A DNA stretch of 63,271 nucleotides, filler included, from Porpidia crustulata (GCA_964255105.1; 9 parts of 9 records of this genome joined end to end with filler, not necessarily neighbours in it); one strand, 5' to 3'; shown: positions 35,241 to 49,059, counted from the first letter of the whole stretch. Made by a program: numbers and translations. The notes: generated by a model not told the origin, from the sequence alone.

Positions 35241-35592
35241 GCAGGGAGCTTAGTGTAGTGTACTAACAACATTTCGCCCGGATACCGTAGTATGTTTACA
35301 GTTTCAGATTTAATACTAAAATTACGTTTTTGTACTGTGTTTTTAATGTTATCGTCTAAAGGCAGTACGCGCAAATGATACCGTTCTACTACCGTAATCC
35401 AGGATTGCAAAGCTCCGCTAAGGTACTTCACCTTGTAATGCATTAGTGGCGTGGGGGCTAAGCTCCCACGGCTCCGCAGTGCCAGATTCTGTTAGCGGTG
35501 GTGATCTACCGCTCTAGACTACCTTGGTCAAGATCTAATTTCTGAATTCTTGAGAAGTTCCCAAATGGTTGAATAACAGGAGTGAGACCATC

Positions 35593-36349
35593 ATGAGTTT
35601 TCCTGGGATGTCCGGGAGGGGTGTCGGCGGCCCTGTCAGCGATACAGCAGGCATGAGCGACCAAGAGGCCATGATGGCCCGATCTGTATGTCCACTGCAA
35701 TGATAATCTTGCATCTGAACTGACCTCATCTGCGACACATAAGGTGCAGATAGCTATGGAATCTTGCCTTGGAAAAACTGTCCTGTCTGGTGGCATGGGC
35801 TTCGTGCTTGGTGGCGCATTCGGGCTCTTCATGTCTAGTGTATGCAGTTCCTGCGCGCCCCTCCGCACTCCACCTCCCACTGGTCTTTCCCCAACACACG
35901 CCGCCTCACTATCTTAGCCGATCTGCTGACGGCGACAATGCTTGAGAATAGATGAGTTATGATACGCCTTTGAGCGGTCCGGGCCAACAGATATCCGATC
36001 TCCCAATGCGGGAGCAGCTTCGGAGGGGATTCAAAGACATGGGCACGAGGAGTCTCAGCTCAGCCAAAAACTTCGCACTCGTTGGGGCTATCTATGCCGG
36101 GACGGAGTGCTGCATTGAAGGGGTATTGAATGCCCCTTACATCACGCATGTGGTCTTGAGGGCTGATCAATGTTGCTGTGCTAGTATCGGGCCAAAAACG
36201 ACACCAAGAACAGCGTCGCCGCTGGATGTATCACCGGAGGCATTTTAGGAGCGAAAGCTGGGCCACAGGCAGCAGCAATAGGATGCGGCGGGTTTGCGGC
36301 TTTTAGTGCGGCGATAGATTATTATATGAAGATGCCAGCTTCGGATTGA
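35593..36349 (+). CDS. TIM22: Mitochondrial inner membrane translocase subunit Tim22
   Basis: Four exons (introns 35686-35743, 35840-35951, 36123-36184): [76 protein letters not shown]. Confidence 0.95.
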
Positions 36350-36558
36350 AGGTCTCATCGTTTGCATAGCGCGGAGTCCAGGGGGCCATCTCTACTCCTT
36401 TTTGCGTTGGATTTCGCACATTTAGACTCCAAAACAGGTCGCTCTTAGAAGAAGTGTGACCCCAACAGCGTAGTGGACTACGCTAAGAGGAGAGGATTAT
36501 AGCAAGAATAATATGATTCTTAATGTTCGAGGCATTGACTGCCTAACCCTTCCTGAAT

Positions 36559-37790
36559 CTAACGTACTTGGAGGTCACGACACTCTCCATAACCATTATA
36601 TCCGACGCCTCTTAGATTCCACGGTGATCTTGGCGGCTGCGTGTTACCACCAGCGTCAGTTGCCCGTGCGAAGATATGGAATTTTTCTCCTCTAGGCAGA
36701 TTTGCCACTGCTCTCCATAGAGTCCAGCACCATTTCCCCTTTCCTCTACAGCTGTCATCGATCTCAGCATCTCTCCACGTCTTCCCCTCATCTATTGAGA
36801 TTTCGACTCTAACGACAGGGCCCTGATCTCCTTGCGGAAGTGCGTAACCTTTGACCTCAATGGTTCCCGTCGAAGAAAGTTCAATGATTTCCCCACCTCG
36901 GGGAACTGCAATAACACAGTTGATCGGCATATCCTGTATTGGTGGGGCTTTGTCCCAGTATTTCTCTGCTTCATGCTTGTTAATGGCTTCAGGTGGGAGT
37001 ATCTTATAATCACGCTGCTGATAAAAGTTGGATGATTCTTCCAACTGCACAGTAATTCGATCGAGCCATTTGACAGAGCGGCATCCGGAAACCCCAGGAA
37101 CAATGACACGGATTGGAAAGCCGTGATCAGCGGATAATGGTTTTCCGTTCATCTGAGCACCGTGAGCTTTGACTCGAAGATGATGGCTGAGAAGCAGCAT
37201 ACTTCCAAGGCTAGAATGACATCTGCTTCCTCCCTTAGGGCTCGTACGAGTTCTATGCTCCCTCCATACCAATCATCATCCTGCACTGTTGTTTGATAGC
37301 TAGCAAACGCGACGTGTCCCTTGTTCAAATCGACAATATTAACGCCAGCGACATTAAGAATATCCCTTAATCTTGGGCCCTTCCACCTGCAATTCATGAC
37401 AGCACCGTCACCCCAGTCGATACCGTCGACTTCTTTAAGAAGTGTACGCATACTATGGCGGCGGTTTCCAGCACATTGGAGAGCGCATACTACTTGATAC
37501 TGCTTGTAATGACTTCGTAATGTCTGCAATGTGAGCTCCAGTGGCGTGTCAACGGCCCCAACAACACTGACAATATGAGTCTGCTCATCCACATGCGGTA
37601 TGGGACCATGGTTCCTGTCGTAAGGCCGGTTCTCGGTGATGAAGCTGTGGAGCATTAAGTACTGTCATTGATTTACTGATAGTCAAAGGTATATTTCAGT
37701 AATCCACCTTTTGATGAGATCCTTGACCGGAGGTTCCCTGTTAAGAGGCTCTTCATGCGAGTAATCGAATTTCATGCTAGACTTCTCCAT
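36559..37790 (-). CDS. Sulfite oxidase family molybdopterin oxidoreductase lacking a cytochrome b5 domain
   Basis: Motifs EPLNREPP, YDRNHGPIP, ALQCAGNRR (Mo-ligand Cys), WGDGAVMNCRWKGPRLRDIL, MNGKPLSADHGFPIRVIVPGVSGCRSVKWL and WNLRGV. Introns 37645-37707 and 37153-37202. Start at 37790 or 37775. Confidence 0.9.
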
Positions 37791-38382
37791 TCTGAAAATG
37801 TATTTGGATATTGGCTAGACGTTGTGGATCATGTAATAAACGGCACGAGAGCAGACCGTGTGAGTGGAACTTTTGTCGGCAAACACAACAAGTAGTGTTG
37901 ACTCGAAGACCAAAGCTTGAGGCGAACACCATACCTCACGGTTTTTAATGTCGTCCTTTTGCTGGTAGACATTGTATATAGTAGACCTTCTAATGGAATT
38001 ATTCTAGCTCTGTCTAGTCCTCCAGCCAATCATAAACGTTTCATTCCCGTGAACCTTGATTTGCTCTAGACTTTGATTGCGTCCGCTTGCCTTGCGCAAG
38101 CAATCAGGATTTGTATCATAACAGAGGCAAGTACAACTACCCAATTATTACTCCAACTGGCCTGAAAATTCTAGACTACCTTCTACCATGGCCTTCAAGT
38201 TATCACTCTATACTACACGCGCAAACTTCGACGCTTATAATGCAGCTGAAGGCTCCGCCACCGCTGTACTGAGCTTAGCTACCCACCAATCTGTTCGTCG
38301 CAGGTGGGAATGTCCGCCCACAAGTCACCATTCGAATGCTGTAATATATGGAGGCAAAGCACACTCGCACTAAAGAACTGGA

Positions 38383-40635
38383 ATGCAGCGTCACAAAGCC
38401 CTTGAAGGCTCGCCTTCACTGATTCACGGATTATCTGGCGAGCAGGCTGATGCCTCGGAGGATGGTACTCTTAATAAAATAGGCAATGGGTCAAGGAGGA
38501 AAAAATTGAGAGTACTCACTAGTAAAACAAAGGTGAAAACAAAGAGGCTCTTCAGAGTCGAGGACGAGGGATCGACAAGTGAGAGTGCCGAGAGTAACGA
38601 CCATGGAGTGATGCAGAGTTTAGAGCACGATCCGGCATTCAGTCACGATAAATTGCACAAGCAGAAGCGTCGGAAAGATGGCGGGACAGCTTACAAGCCA
38701 TTGAACGCCCTCGAGTCTATCGCAACCGCTGTGGTTCACCCTGTGGATGCAATTAAAAGCAAGGCGACTAAATCAACAGCTGGGCAATTGTCCAAAGTGG
38801 ATCGCCCGTATATCTCTCGAAGAGACGACCTAGACTTTTTAGAGGCGCATGACAATCTGAATCATGCCGAATCCAGTAGGTCATCAAAGCAGGGGATGTC
38901 CGACAGCGAGGGAGACACCGCCACCTCGGCCTACCGCGAGAAGATCAAAGAAATGCAGAAACATCGCGAAAGTCTTCGAGCGGCCATGACCACCAGCAGA
39001 TATGTACGCAGGGTTCGAGTAGTACCGAAGCGACACATGGTATTTCCGGACTCCGACTTTTTCATGAAGAAAGACTGTGATGGAGACCATTTCGACTGGA
39101 TGAGTTGGTTGGGCTATGTAAGCCTTCATACATTCCAGGAATCTCGCCGAATAGCTACTGACTTCCATGCAGAATTTGATATATTATACTCAGGACTTCT
39201 GCACACAATACATAGATGATTACGATAAGCTCCCTTACGATATCAATGGCTTTAAACATCATGTAGAGCGGCTACTAGTGGCCAGCGCTCCGTGGCAGAG
39301 TTGGGCAATGGATGTCCGTGCAGTATATCGATGGGAAGACCCAAAGAAAACAGGCAAGTGGCTCGTGCTTTTTATTGTCCTTTGGTACACTGAACACGTG
39401 GGCGGTTTTGTTGTGAGTAAGACGAATATCTGCCTTCTAAGCTCGACTAAAAGTCTTGCCAGTGGAGCTATGTAATATACATTGTACTCAAGAACCGCTT
39501 TTACCCTACTTCCGTAGAATCTCTTAGGAACTCTATGCGGAGAGCCCTCGACAGCAAAAGCACTGCTTCCCGCCTTGGGGAATTGATCGACAAACATGGC
39601 CGTGAAGACTGGCTTGAGCCTCTTATGGTGGAAGTAGGCCCTTACATCCAGCTTCAGCTTGGAGATATCGCCAATATGCTAGAGGTCTTTGACAAGTAGG
39701 TCGGTCTCAAACTATGATAACATTGCTCTGACTTTATCATCAGTATGTATCATTGGAGATCTCCGCAAAAAACGGTCGCCACATTGTACTTTTTCGGCTC
39801 GGCTCTCATCGTGTCACTCTTTGCTGATATGGCTTTTTGCTTGAAAATATTTTGGTTCGTGATGGGTGGGATGTTCTTTCTTTGCTGGCCTATATCTAGT
39901 CTTCATCCAAAATACCGTTACTTAGTATCTCCATTCAAGTGGGTTCTATGGGATATTCCGACCAACGGTAAGTCCTCTGATTGTTTCATATGTAACAGGA
40001 GACTTATGATTCCATAGCCGAATGGTCTTTTCAATATCTTAGGCGGCAAGCGCAGAACACCCGAGAGCAAACAATCAAGAGAAAAGTAGGGGAGGCGCAT
40101 TCAAAAACGGCCTGGAATCCAAGTCTCGATCTGTACTCCGGGAATATGGTTCCCATCATCACATTAGATAGCCCTGATACCGACGGGGAGGACGAAGACT
40201 GGTACAGCGTGAGCTCTTCGACGAGCATTCTGGACGAGACTGATATTATTACCTACCGGGCTCAAACGAAAGGTGTCGTCGGTCGGCTCATTATCTTTTC
40301 AGGAGGCATTCGTTTTGTTCGGAGTATAGGGCAGAAGGAAGTGTGGCGGCGATCTTTCCTTGAGCTGGTAGAAATGAGAAAGGTTGACGGTTCTGTGCTT
40401 TCAAAATTAAAGATATCATCGCGCCAGCAGATCGAGTTCAAATTCACCGATGGGACGTCTCTTATGGAAGGAATGAGGAATCGCGATGACGCGTTCAATA
40501 CAATCATCGGTTTCTCTGGCCTACAATGGTGAGTGCGGAATCTGCAGTGACGTCTGATGAGTTACTGATATCCATTATAGGCAATCGCTTCAGGTAGACT
40601 TTAATAATACTATCGATCCGAGCCAATCCATATGA
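38383..40635 (+). CDS. Conserved multi-exon membrane protein with a probable C-terminal GRAM/PH-like domain
   Basis: ORF fragments 38383-39219, 39167-39475, 39745-40017 and 40146-40532 are linked by GT-AG introns (e.g. 39118-39172, 40529-40580). Contains VYRWEDPKKT and YHWRSPQKT motifs before hydrophobic segments, and VVGRLIIFSGGIRF..RDDAFNTIIGFSGLQWQ at the end. The domain name is inference. Confidence 0.75.
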
Positions 40636-42181
40636 CTTCAAAGCCATTGTCACTAGATGGGGGCATACTTCAGTGCATACCTCAGCATGAAGGCACCGAG
40701 CTCTATCACACTTTCCTCGAGGTAGTCGATTCGAGCTTTCACAATCAATAAATATGTACACCAACTGGTTTCATCGATAATCGTATTGCTAGGCTGTCAA
40801 TAATAGGTTACAAACCAAATTGCATAGCACAAGAATATAACGGCATAAGATCAGGCAAAGAGCGACCCTGACCAAGGAGTGGCCAAGCCAAAAGCAGTGC
40901 ATTAGTCATTGGAATATAAGAACTACTTCTGAACCTCATATTTTGTCTAATTGAGAAATTGGAATTCCAGATTCCGTGCGAATTGCTCTTACTCCCATCA
41001 AGCATCTTCTCTGCAGTTTATACATCATCAGTCTCCAACGACGCCGACATTTTCTGAGAAATTCACTCAATACACTTTCCCGAGCATTCGTACAGGTCTG
41101 GTGGCGACGAACATCCCGGCGTTTAGCGATGAGTACTGGAATTCTGCGAATGTCAAGTGGTACGGGATATTTCTAGAGGGCTAGGGGGGATTTGTCGGAA
41201 ACAAATTTTTGCCGGCGCAATGTGATTAAGAATATGCCAGTCATTGAGACCTTATGCACGAGAAAAATCACCGAGAGAAACTTTTTGTTAAGAGCGGCAT
41301 CGATAGGTATGTAGCCTTTATGCCTGGCCTTTTAACCTCAAGATAGAAAGAACGGGGGAAAAAAACACGCCGAGGGCTCAGAGGGAGGGGAGGGTATATA
41401 CGATTTCCGATCTACATGTTTTTCAACGTTGAAATTGGGTTTTCTCCGAAGCTCTACAATGACTTGCAGCAGTAGACCAGAGCAGCGAAACAGGGCCGTA
41501 TACAAATAAATCCATTGGCCGCACGTCCGCGGTCCCCCGACGACGCCAAGCTATTACGATTCTAGCTGCATGGGAAATTCGCTCGACGACGACTAAAACT
41601 CACTTTGTGGCAACCTCTGTTTTCGAAAATGCATACCTAGCTTGACTCCCAACCAAAAACCTAGAAACAACAATCGCTTGTTCATGCAGATTAACAGTAA
41701 AGGAAAGGATGTGTCGCTTTGCGTGACGCTGGCGTCTGATAGAGGAACTATAGGAAGTAGTCATCCAGACAAGGTTGCGCACGAGCTGCTGCTCCATCGT
41801 CGGTTTCGATTTTTTTTGGCTCTCTGGGACTCTACCTACTTCCATTGGGGACGTTGAAGAGTGGCGTGGGTGACTTTGGGGAAGTTCATAGCAACGGTGT
41901 CGTGATTCAGATTGGTTCGTGGGCGGGCTCTCCTATGGGTTTAAGGGGGTAGAAATGTCCATATGGGGCTTCGCATACTAGCCCTTGCCCTGTCTTCCGT
42001 TCACACGTGCACGTGCGAGAAGATGGCCTTGTAGCTGGAAGTTGCTGAAAAGTTTGATTCGGCATTGCTGTTAAACATACATGGAAACTGAAATGAGAAA
42101 TATGACAGTTCCCGAAATCTACAAAAACCCCATACAAATCCCGCCCCTGGGGTATATGGCCCGAGTCTCGCCCTATAACGC

Positions 42182-42281
42182 NNNNNNNNNNNNNNNNNNN
42201 NNNNNNNNNNNNNNNNNNNNNNNNNTTAATTAATTAANNNNNNNNNNNNNNNNNNNNNNNNNNNNNNNNNNNNNNNNNNNN
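42182..42281. other. Artificial contig spacer
   Basis: 44 N + TTAATTAATTAA + 44 N. Confidence 0.99.
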
Positions 42282-44068
42282 ATGATCTGTGTATTGCTGA
42301 GACGGATTGGATTGCAGTCATATGAAAATAAAATCGCCAAATATTCTAGCTTTCCACATCCCCCAAGCCATCGTCGTAACTGCCGCGCCCTCTACTCTCG
42401 CTCCCGACCTTCGAACACATCTACCAAATTAAGGGCAAGTTTGACTGCCTTTTTCTGACCGACCAGTTTGTATAATTGCTCGACGATGTTTTGCTTGGGG
42501 CTGTATATTCCACTTTGGATACAAAGTCGACGGGATCGTGGTTTCGCTATTGGGATGACAGAGATTTTTGAATTTGATGTTCTTTATTCCATGTGCAGTA
42601 TTAGATACATCAAGCTCGGAATCGGGGGGCCCGCCGGGGCAAAAATCTCTGTCCCCACCACAGCGAAAGATCGCCGATTCACCAGAGGAGAACTCTTCTT
42701 ATGCCGTATCCACCCTCTGCTGAAGCTGGTTGAGACTGCCATGCAAGACTGCCCTGGGAGATTCCAGGAATTTAGTAGTTGCACAAATTCTTCGTGTCTT
42801 GCTACATGCTCCACGAACTTGATGGCGATGCTGTCTGCATGAAGTGCTGCTATAGAGTCAGTGCCTGCGAATACTTGATGATTGCGGGGAGACTATTACT
42901 CACAATATGTTTCGTTTCAATTTCTCGTAAACTGAGCCGTACGTGATGAGGGTATCTAGGTAGATACAAGATTCCATAGCCATAGTAGGTGTTCTTTTTT
43001 AAATCAGCGACTATCCTTCAGAAAGACTAGATATTATTCTTGATGAAAAGAACCTAGTGAATCAGTTCCAGCGGGAAAATCGGTGTTGACGGATAGAAAA
43101 TATGCCAAAGACTTAGATAACTTTGTCCAAGATGAGTGAGCAAGATCTCGTCTTATTCTGTAGTATTTCATATTAGAAGCTCGTCGAGAACAACCAATAG
43201 CTTTGCCATGCTGAGTCCGCCGCAGGGAGATCCAAGGAAAGAATCACAGCGGACGAAAATACGCCTAGAAAAAGTTGCCGTTGTGACCTTTTGACTGTGC
43301 TTCTGAATTTGACAGTATCATTGCTTATTGGATGGTGGTTACTTTTTGTTTTTCCTCAGATCTACCTTTCTCACTTCCACTCACGTTTCCGAAAGATTCC
43401 CACCCTCAAAACCATCCCCATCCCCCTTCGAATGACCTCTTTCCCATCCGCTTCCACGCATCCTATCTCAAATCCCCGTTCAACCGCCCCATCACTCCGT
43501 GGCCTGCCGAGATGAATTCGCGGTAATAACCACCAACATTCTCTATTCGAGAGGTTTCAGATTATAGGTCTCAGATCGCACTAAGGAGGTGGGGGAGGGA
43601 GTGAGAGCGCGTGAGGGAGAAGGTATTGTAAAAAGGGGGTTGAGATTGAAGTAGGGAATCAGAGGGCAGAGAGTGGATGGTGGATAGATGACGCTATAGC
43701 ATTGACATGGTGCCGTGTTTCGAGTTTAGATTGGTCGGCGTCAGGGATGAAGCTGATGCTGTATTAGTAAATACTGAATTTTTCGCAGCTTGCACCATTG
43801 GGCCAGTCACATTTCCCCAACCGAGGTCCTGGCGTGGACAATCAAGTCTGGAAGAGTTTGCAAATGGTATTCCATTCATTGCGGTTACTAGGTGATTATA
43901 TCGTAGGCGCCCCAGAAAGCGGCCCATTCGCTCTTTGCCATTCTGCTGCCTGGACTCCCAAACACCGCCGAATGCTGCCTTGCGACCCATTCCCAAAACG
44001 CCAATCAATGCTCCCCGATTCATCCTAATGTCTCTTCGTTCAACGTCGCCTTCCCCAAGATTGCGCCC

Positions 44069-45503
44069 TTACAGGAAAATAACCCTGGCGTCTTTTGCAT
44101 GGCTCTCACCGGGACAATACGGGCACTTGAACCGACTGCCCTTGCTCAACTTGCTCAGACTCTCCTGCGCTACGACGTGGCCGCAAGGCATCATCATGGG
44201 GGGGTTCTCGTCGGTGGCCTGCTCTTTGGAGACGGGGCAGACGAAGATGGAGTGGAAGTGGTAGGCAGGGGGGAGTGGGATCTCGACCTGTAAATTATAA
44301 CATTAGCCTTTACTTTGGTATATTTGGAGTGGGGAGCTCACGGGAAGTTCATGCTGGGTGGTCCATTCTGTTCGCTTCTCTTTCATGATGGTTTGAAGTT
44401 TGAGGAGCGTGGGGAGAGCGATAGCGCCAGCTGTAGCAGCGATATAAAGGGGGGAGTCTGCGGAAAGTCCAAGGAGAGAGCAGAATTCTCGGGTGAAGGA
44501 ATTAGCGAGATCGTCCCAGGAGTCTTCATTGTGAAAGATGCGGCGATATGGCGACTGAGCTAGATTTGGACAAAATGCCATGGCGCCGCTCAGCTGTTGG
44601 ATTTCTCGGAGGTAGCGGCCTTGAAAGTGAGTAAATTCTCGTCGCGCATACTCGAGAGCTTGCTGTTGGCCTACGAGGAGAATTTCGCGGTCGGAAGGGA
44701 AGTTGCCGCCTCCGGAAAAGAGATAGACGAATTGGAGTTTACCCAATTCAAACTCGAGATTACTCCCTCGAAGCTCGAGGGAAGCGCTATTGGCTTTTGC
44801 CCATTCAATCGCTGGTAGGAGATTCCGCTCATTCTTGAGCTCGTGCAATATGTGGTACATATTGGCAAATTGTTTCCGGAGTGCCTCTGACTTGAGGGAG
44901 TCGATGCCAAGATCACGTTCAAGCGTGGCATAAGGATTGGATCCTCCAGAAGCAGGCTTGGTACGCAGTGGCTGCGTAGTGGCGTCTGTGAGGAAGGTTG
45001 ACGCAACCGAGAACTGCCCTTCCCGCAAAAGATGCATGGCTATCGCGCGGTTGATCAATGGATGGTGAGAGGAAAGGGCATCATAGTCCGTTGTTGGTAA
45101 AGGTTTATCTTTGAACTTCTGTAAATTTGGAACGTCAGCATCTATTTCACAGCCACCACCCAAAAGGGTTGTATGCCTTTTCCAACGCTTTTGAATAGTT
45201 CCCTATGCCCTTGTAGATCTCTTTTAAATCTTTGTTGACAGCTTCAAATGAGTTCCTGACCGGGTTTTGAAGGTGAGCAAGAGTCTTGGTAGCAAAGTCA
45301 TTAGTGGGATCTGTTGGGGTTTGAAGATTAGCAAGGCTCTGAACGCTTCACTTCAAGAAGACGAATAGTAATCAAGACCCACTTGCTTCCATAGCATCCC
45401 TCGCTCGGGTCAGGATATCAATAGTTTTCTGAACGTTTTCGAGGCTGTTTGAGAGATTGGCAGTCTCCACGAGTCTCTCATGATCTTTCAGAAGCGATTC
45501 CAT
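44069..45503 (-). CDS. RMD5: GID/CTLH complex RING subunit Rmd5/Gid2
   Basis: ATG 45503. LisH-like [64 protein letters not shown], and after intron 44288-44341 the degenerate [35 protein letters not shown]. Confidence 0.93.
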
Positions 45504-46205
45504 CTTGTCGTTTGAGTACTGTCCAGATCTAGTTGTGATTGATGACTGGGAGATTCAGACTGCAGGTGGTCTTGGAGCCCTGCTCATGGAGTCAAGGGAG
45601 TCATATTCATGGATCATGCGGGTTGCATCAGTGTGCACATCGGCAGTAGTTTGAGTGAACTAATACCTGATCAGTGATAGACGCTCTTCGTGCGGAGAGA
45701 ATGGCGGTTTGCTGAGCATGATAGATGGATGAACACAATGGTTGATTGAAGGTCACAGGGACCGCCCCGGCCTTCTGCGGACCGTTTTTGCCGCGGCGTT
45801 TGTATCGACAATTTGACGACAACCGAGGGACTGCGATATAAGCCTGAAATCCGCATTAATACCCAAGGTAGATATGATAGGATCTGGTATGGCATGATAC
45901 TTCAAATCCAAACAACAAGAAATGAGAGTCATATGGCAGTCCGTCCTTGATAAGTCATCGTCCAAGTTGCAATGATACACAGTACGAAATGATTGAATTA
46001 CATGACCGAATCCTTCTACATAGCAAGGATAATCAATAGAGCAGGCCTTATGCATACTCCAGAGACCATATTAATATTGGATATGAGATTCTCCCTATTT
46101 CAGTCCATTTCAGTAACGGCTGTGTCTCCGCGATTCAATCCTTAGGCACCTCACTTCCCTATCAAATGAAGTACGAGGGCTCAAACCCTCCAGAAGACTG
46201 GAACA

Positions 46206-48851
46206 ATGTCTCCAACAGATGCCATACACACCGAAGACCCTCGTGCTACTGGCGAAGATGATACATGGCATTCGCCTGCTACATCTCCTACAACAGAGAC
46301 TCATGACCAGGGAAACCGCCAGCAACATCAACGGTTTGTATTTACGGATCCTGCTGCTTTCAGGTATTTGGAAGAAGACCCTTCGACCAAAGTCTTGGCC
46401 AGAAGGCGTCGGCTTCACGGCTACGAGATCTATGTAGTAGAGCAGTGGGCTTGCTCTAGGATTCATCCAACATTTCTAATCACTACATACACGGGTCTTG
46501 AACAGCATTCTGTCGTGGTTGATGTGCTTAGTGTTCCAACTGATGAAGAGGCCTGGTCACCACGGCTACGTGTGTATTTCAAAGCAATTATACAATTTCA
46601 TGCTCGAAAAAAGCAAACACCTCTGGGCACATTAATGGTAACGAACCTCAGCGGATTCCCGTCGGCACTGACGGTGATTGCTGTTCCTGATGGCGATGTC
46701 AGAAAACACAGAGAAGATTTCATGGTCAATGAGAATTTAAAGCGTATGGGTTGTTCAGGCCGTACGGGCCTTAATTTATCTGCCCCCGTCGGAGCAACGC
46801 AGGCCAAGTTCAATCAACTTTATCGTACGAGCGAGAAAATTCCATTATACCGCGCAGTCATTGAGTTGGTCAAGCTTTGTCAGGTATCTTTGTTGCTCTT
46901 TGGCAAGCTAGCTCCCGAGTACGCGGATGGTTTGCTTTGCGATGTTACGGAAAAGGCCATTAATGACTGGTGGATCGAATTCGGGACCGAGTTCTTTAAC
47001 ATTGAGCCTAGTGACGGCATACTTGGGCCAACTACAGTTGCGGCATTACTTGGTGTGCTCCTGGGCGCCCGCAACAGGTTGCACGCTTTCGGCGCTCCTG
47101 TTGCGAAAGATGCCTTCGACTTGGTGAGCACAAAAAGGGGCATAGCCTACTTTCAAAAATCACAAAAGCTTGCGAGAACACGCCGACTCGATCACAAGAC
47201 TCTCGAACGGCTGTACAGGGTCACTGCAAAAGCTGCAAGCGGCGAGACGTGGACAGTTCCACGGGCGGTAAAATCGACTGTAGCCGAGCTGAGTGGTAAG
47301 GGCGAGGCTTTGGCTGCAGGTATGGGCAGTTCACGGGACAAGGCTGGGATCGCGGAGATAGAAACGCTGGACATCGAGACATTTATTCAATTGCTCTCCG
47401 GAGAAAGATCAAAGTGGCTGTGGCATGGCAAGCCATTGAAGCATCACAATTCCGATGCCTTCAAGAATCTTGGTGGTGATGAAGGCATGATTTTCAGCAA
47501 TGACGAGCAAGGAGGCTTTTTCTGGTCAGGAACAAAAAGAGATTCTGTAGTAGATGATCACCCAAGGTATGGCCTGTCTGACCGCTTTTACACTCAGCCA
47601 TCACATGGGTCTTCAGCAAGCATGGATGCTACGGATAAGGATCAAGCCTTACGAAGGACTGTCCTAAAAAGCGTAACAGGAAAAATGACCGATGCCCGCA
47701 GTGGACTGGGGAGGATCAAAGACGCAGTGGGCAAATCAGGTTTGCGCGGGCACCACTATAAACATTCGAAGGATGGAAATATCGCGTCAGATGGCGATAG
47801 CTTCAAGGAGAGATTGAATCGGGATAGCGATGAGCTCACTAGGGTGCCTGAGTCAGCGGCATCGGCATCAGAACCGGAATCACGACGTGAAAGCGGCACT
47901 GTAGAGGAAGGGACGAATATGAAGAGTATCCGTAATAAAATGATCTATGGGTCTGAGTCCAGCGAAGTGTTCGCCAGATCGACCTCCAGTTTGGAGATTG
48001 AAATGTTGGCTCAGCGGTCAGGGAGCGACGATCATCCTATATTAGTCCCACCATCGAAGAAAATTGAAGCTTCTCATCCAGTCAAGGACGCAGAGAAGGC
48101 AGAAAAAGGTCACAATGCCTCGAGGCCAGCCTCGGATGGAGATCCCGCGGATGGTGACGAGCTTGGATATAGCAGTCTTGATCTGAAGCGCAGCTGGGAG
48201 CCTTTTCGAGGGCCATCCACTTTACAACCGCCTCTGCAGAGGACAGAAAGCCTTCCTGTTGAGTCAGTAAATGCCAAAATAAGCTACTTTGGGCATCGAT
48301 TTCCCAGACACCTTTCATTCACCGCCGTAGTTGATGTCTTCCCACTCGGAACTGATGCTGTTGCCGCCCTTGCTGATGCAGACAAGGATCCCGACAATGC
48401 TCTAAAATTGGAAGAGAGCTTGGCGTTCGATGCTGAGGTCATGAAAGCACGACTCGAAAGGCTTCAGAGCCAGTGTGCTGCATGGGTTGAGAACAGGGTC
48501 AATAGCGTGGAGAGTCTTGTTCAACAAGGTGGCGGAGATCGAGAAGAACTAGACGCGATATATCGACAAAAGCTTGAAGAGCATAACGCGCTCCGAGAAG
48601 CCTCGGATGGTCTTTTGGCGGGAGAAAGGGTATCTCTGACTGAAAGCGTCAAGGACATTGATGTCCTAAGCGCTAAGCTTGAGTACGAGCTAAGTGCTCT
48701 GCAATCGAAAGTGGAAGACGTTGAGATTGCGGTGACCGAATTCGAGCGTCAAGTTGTCCAGATCGAAACCAGGGCCGAAGAACTAGACGAGGATAGCAAC
48801 ACGTCAGGATGGTGGAATACTTTGATACCCAGATTGCGCTGGTCCCAATGA
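46206..48851 (+). CDS. STB2/STB6-like (Sin3-binding) protein
   Basis: Intronless 881-aa ORF with FVFTDPAAFRYLEED, GYEIYVVEQWACSR, LMVTNLSGFPSALT, NENLKRMGCSGR, DGLLCDVTEKAI and EPSDGILGPTTVAALLG, plus a C-terminal coiled coil. Confidence 0.85.
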   Translation: MSPTDAIHTEDPRATGEDDTWHSPATSPTTETHDQGNRQQHQRFVFTDPAAFRYLEEDPSTKVLARRRRLHGYEIYVVEQWACSRIHPTFLITTYTGLEQHSVVVDVLSVPTDEEAWSPRLRVYFKAIIQFHARKKQTPLGTLMVTNLSGFPSALTVIAVPDGDVRKHREDFMVNENLKRMGCSGRTGLNLSAPVGATQAKFNQLYRTSEKIPLYRAVIELVKLCQVSLLLFGKLAPEYADGLLCDVTEKAINDWWIEFGTEFFNIEPSDGILGPTTVAALLGVLLGARNRLHAFGAPVAKDAFDLVSTKRGIAYFQKSQKLARTRRLDHKTLERLYRVTAKAASGETWTVPRAVKSTVAELSGKGEALAAGMGSSRDKAGIAEIETLDIETFIQLLSGERSKWLWHGKPLKHHNSDAFKNLGGDEGMIFSNDEQGGFFWSGTKRDSVVDDHPRYGLSDRFYTQPSHGSSASMDATDKDQALRRTVLKSVTGKMTDARSGLGRIKDAVGKSGLRGHHYKHSKDGNIASDGDSFKERLNRDSDELTRVPESAASASEPESRRESGTVEEGTNMKSIRNKMIYGSESSEVFARSTSSLEIEMLAQRSGSDDHPILVPPSKKIEASHPVKDAEKAEKGHNASRPASDGDPADGDELGYSSLDLKRSWEPFRGPSTLQPPLQRTESLPVESVNAKISYFGHRFPRHLSFTAVVDVFPLGTDAVAALADADKDPDNALKLEESLAFDAEVMKARLERLQSQCAAWVENRVNSVESLVQQGGGDREELDAIYRQKLEEHNALREASDGLLAGERVSLTESVKDIDVLSAKLEYELSALQSKVEDVEIAVTEFERQVVQIETRAEELDEDSNTSGWWNTLIPRLRWSQ

Positions 48852-49059
48852 GTTGGCATTTGTTAGCTTTTGTGTTACCTCGATGTTCTCTGAATTTGGT
48901 TGATACCCCAGCGATTGCATAATACTGTTTTAGTCTACAGCAATAGTGAAATATAAGATACTACAAATCATTGGGTTATAATCAGCAAGCTCAAAACTTG
49001 AGTAAACACATCGGTGATACACGCCCTGGCCGCGAAGGCGTGGTGAGCCACAAATATCG

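Noticed and set aside
42282..43000. Protein-like fragments on the minus strand
   Set aside because: Multiple stops and frameshifts and no family I can recognise, so I cannot support a call.
43330..43700. Pyrimidine-rich tract followed by a purine-rich tract, a possible long hairpin or ncRNA
   Set aside because: The complementarity is compositional only. I could not find a specific extended base-paired stem.
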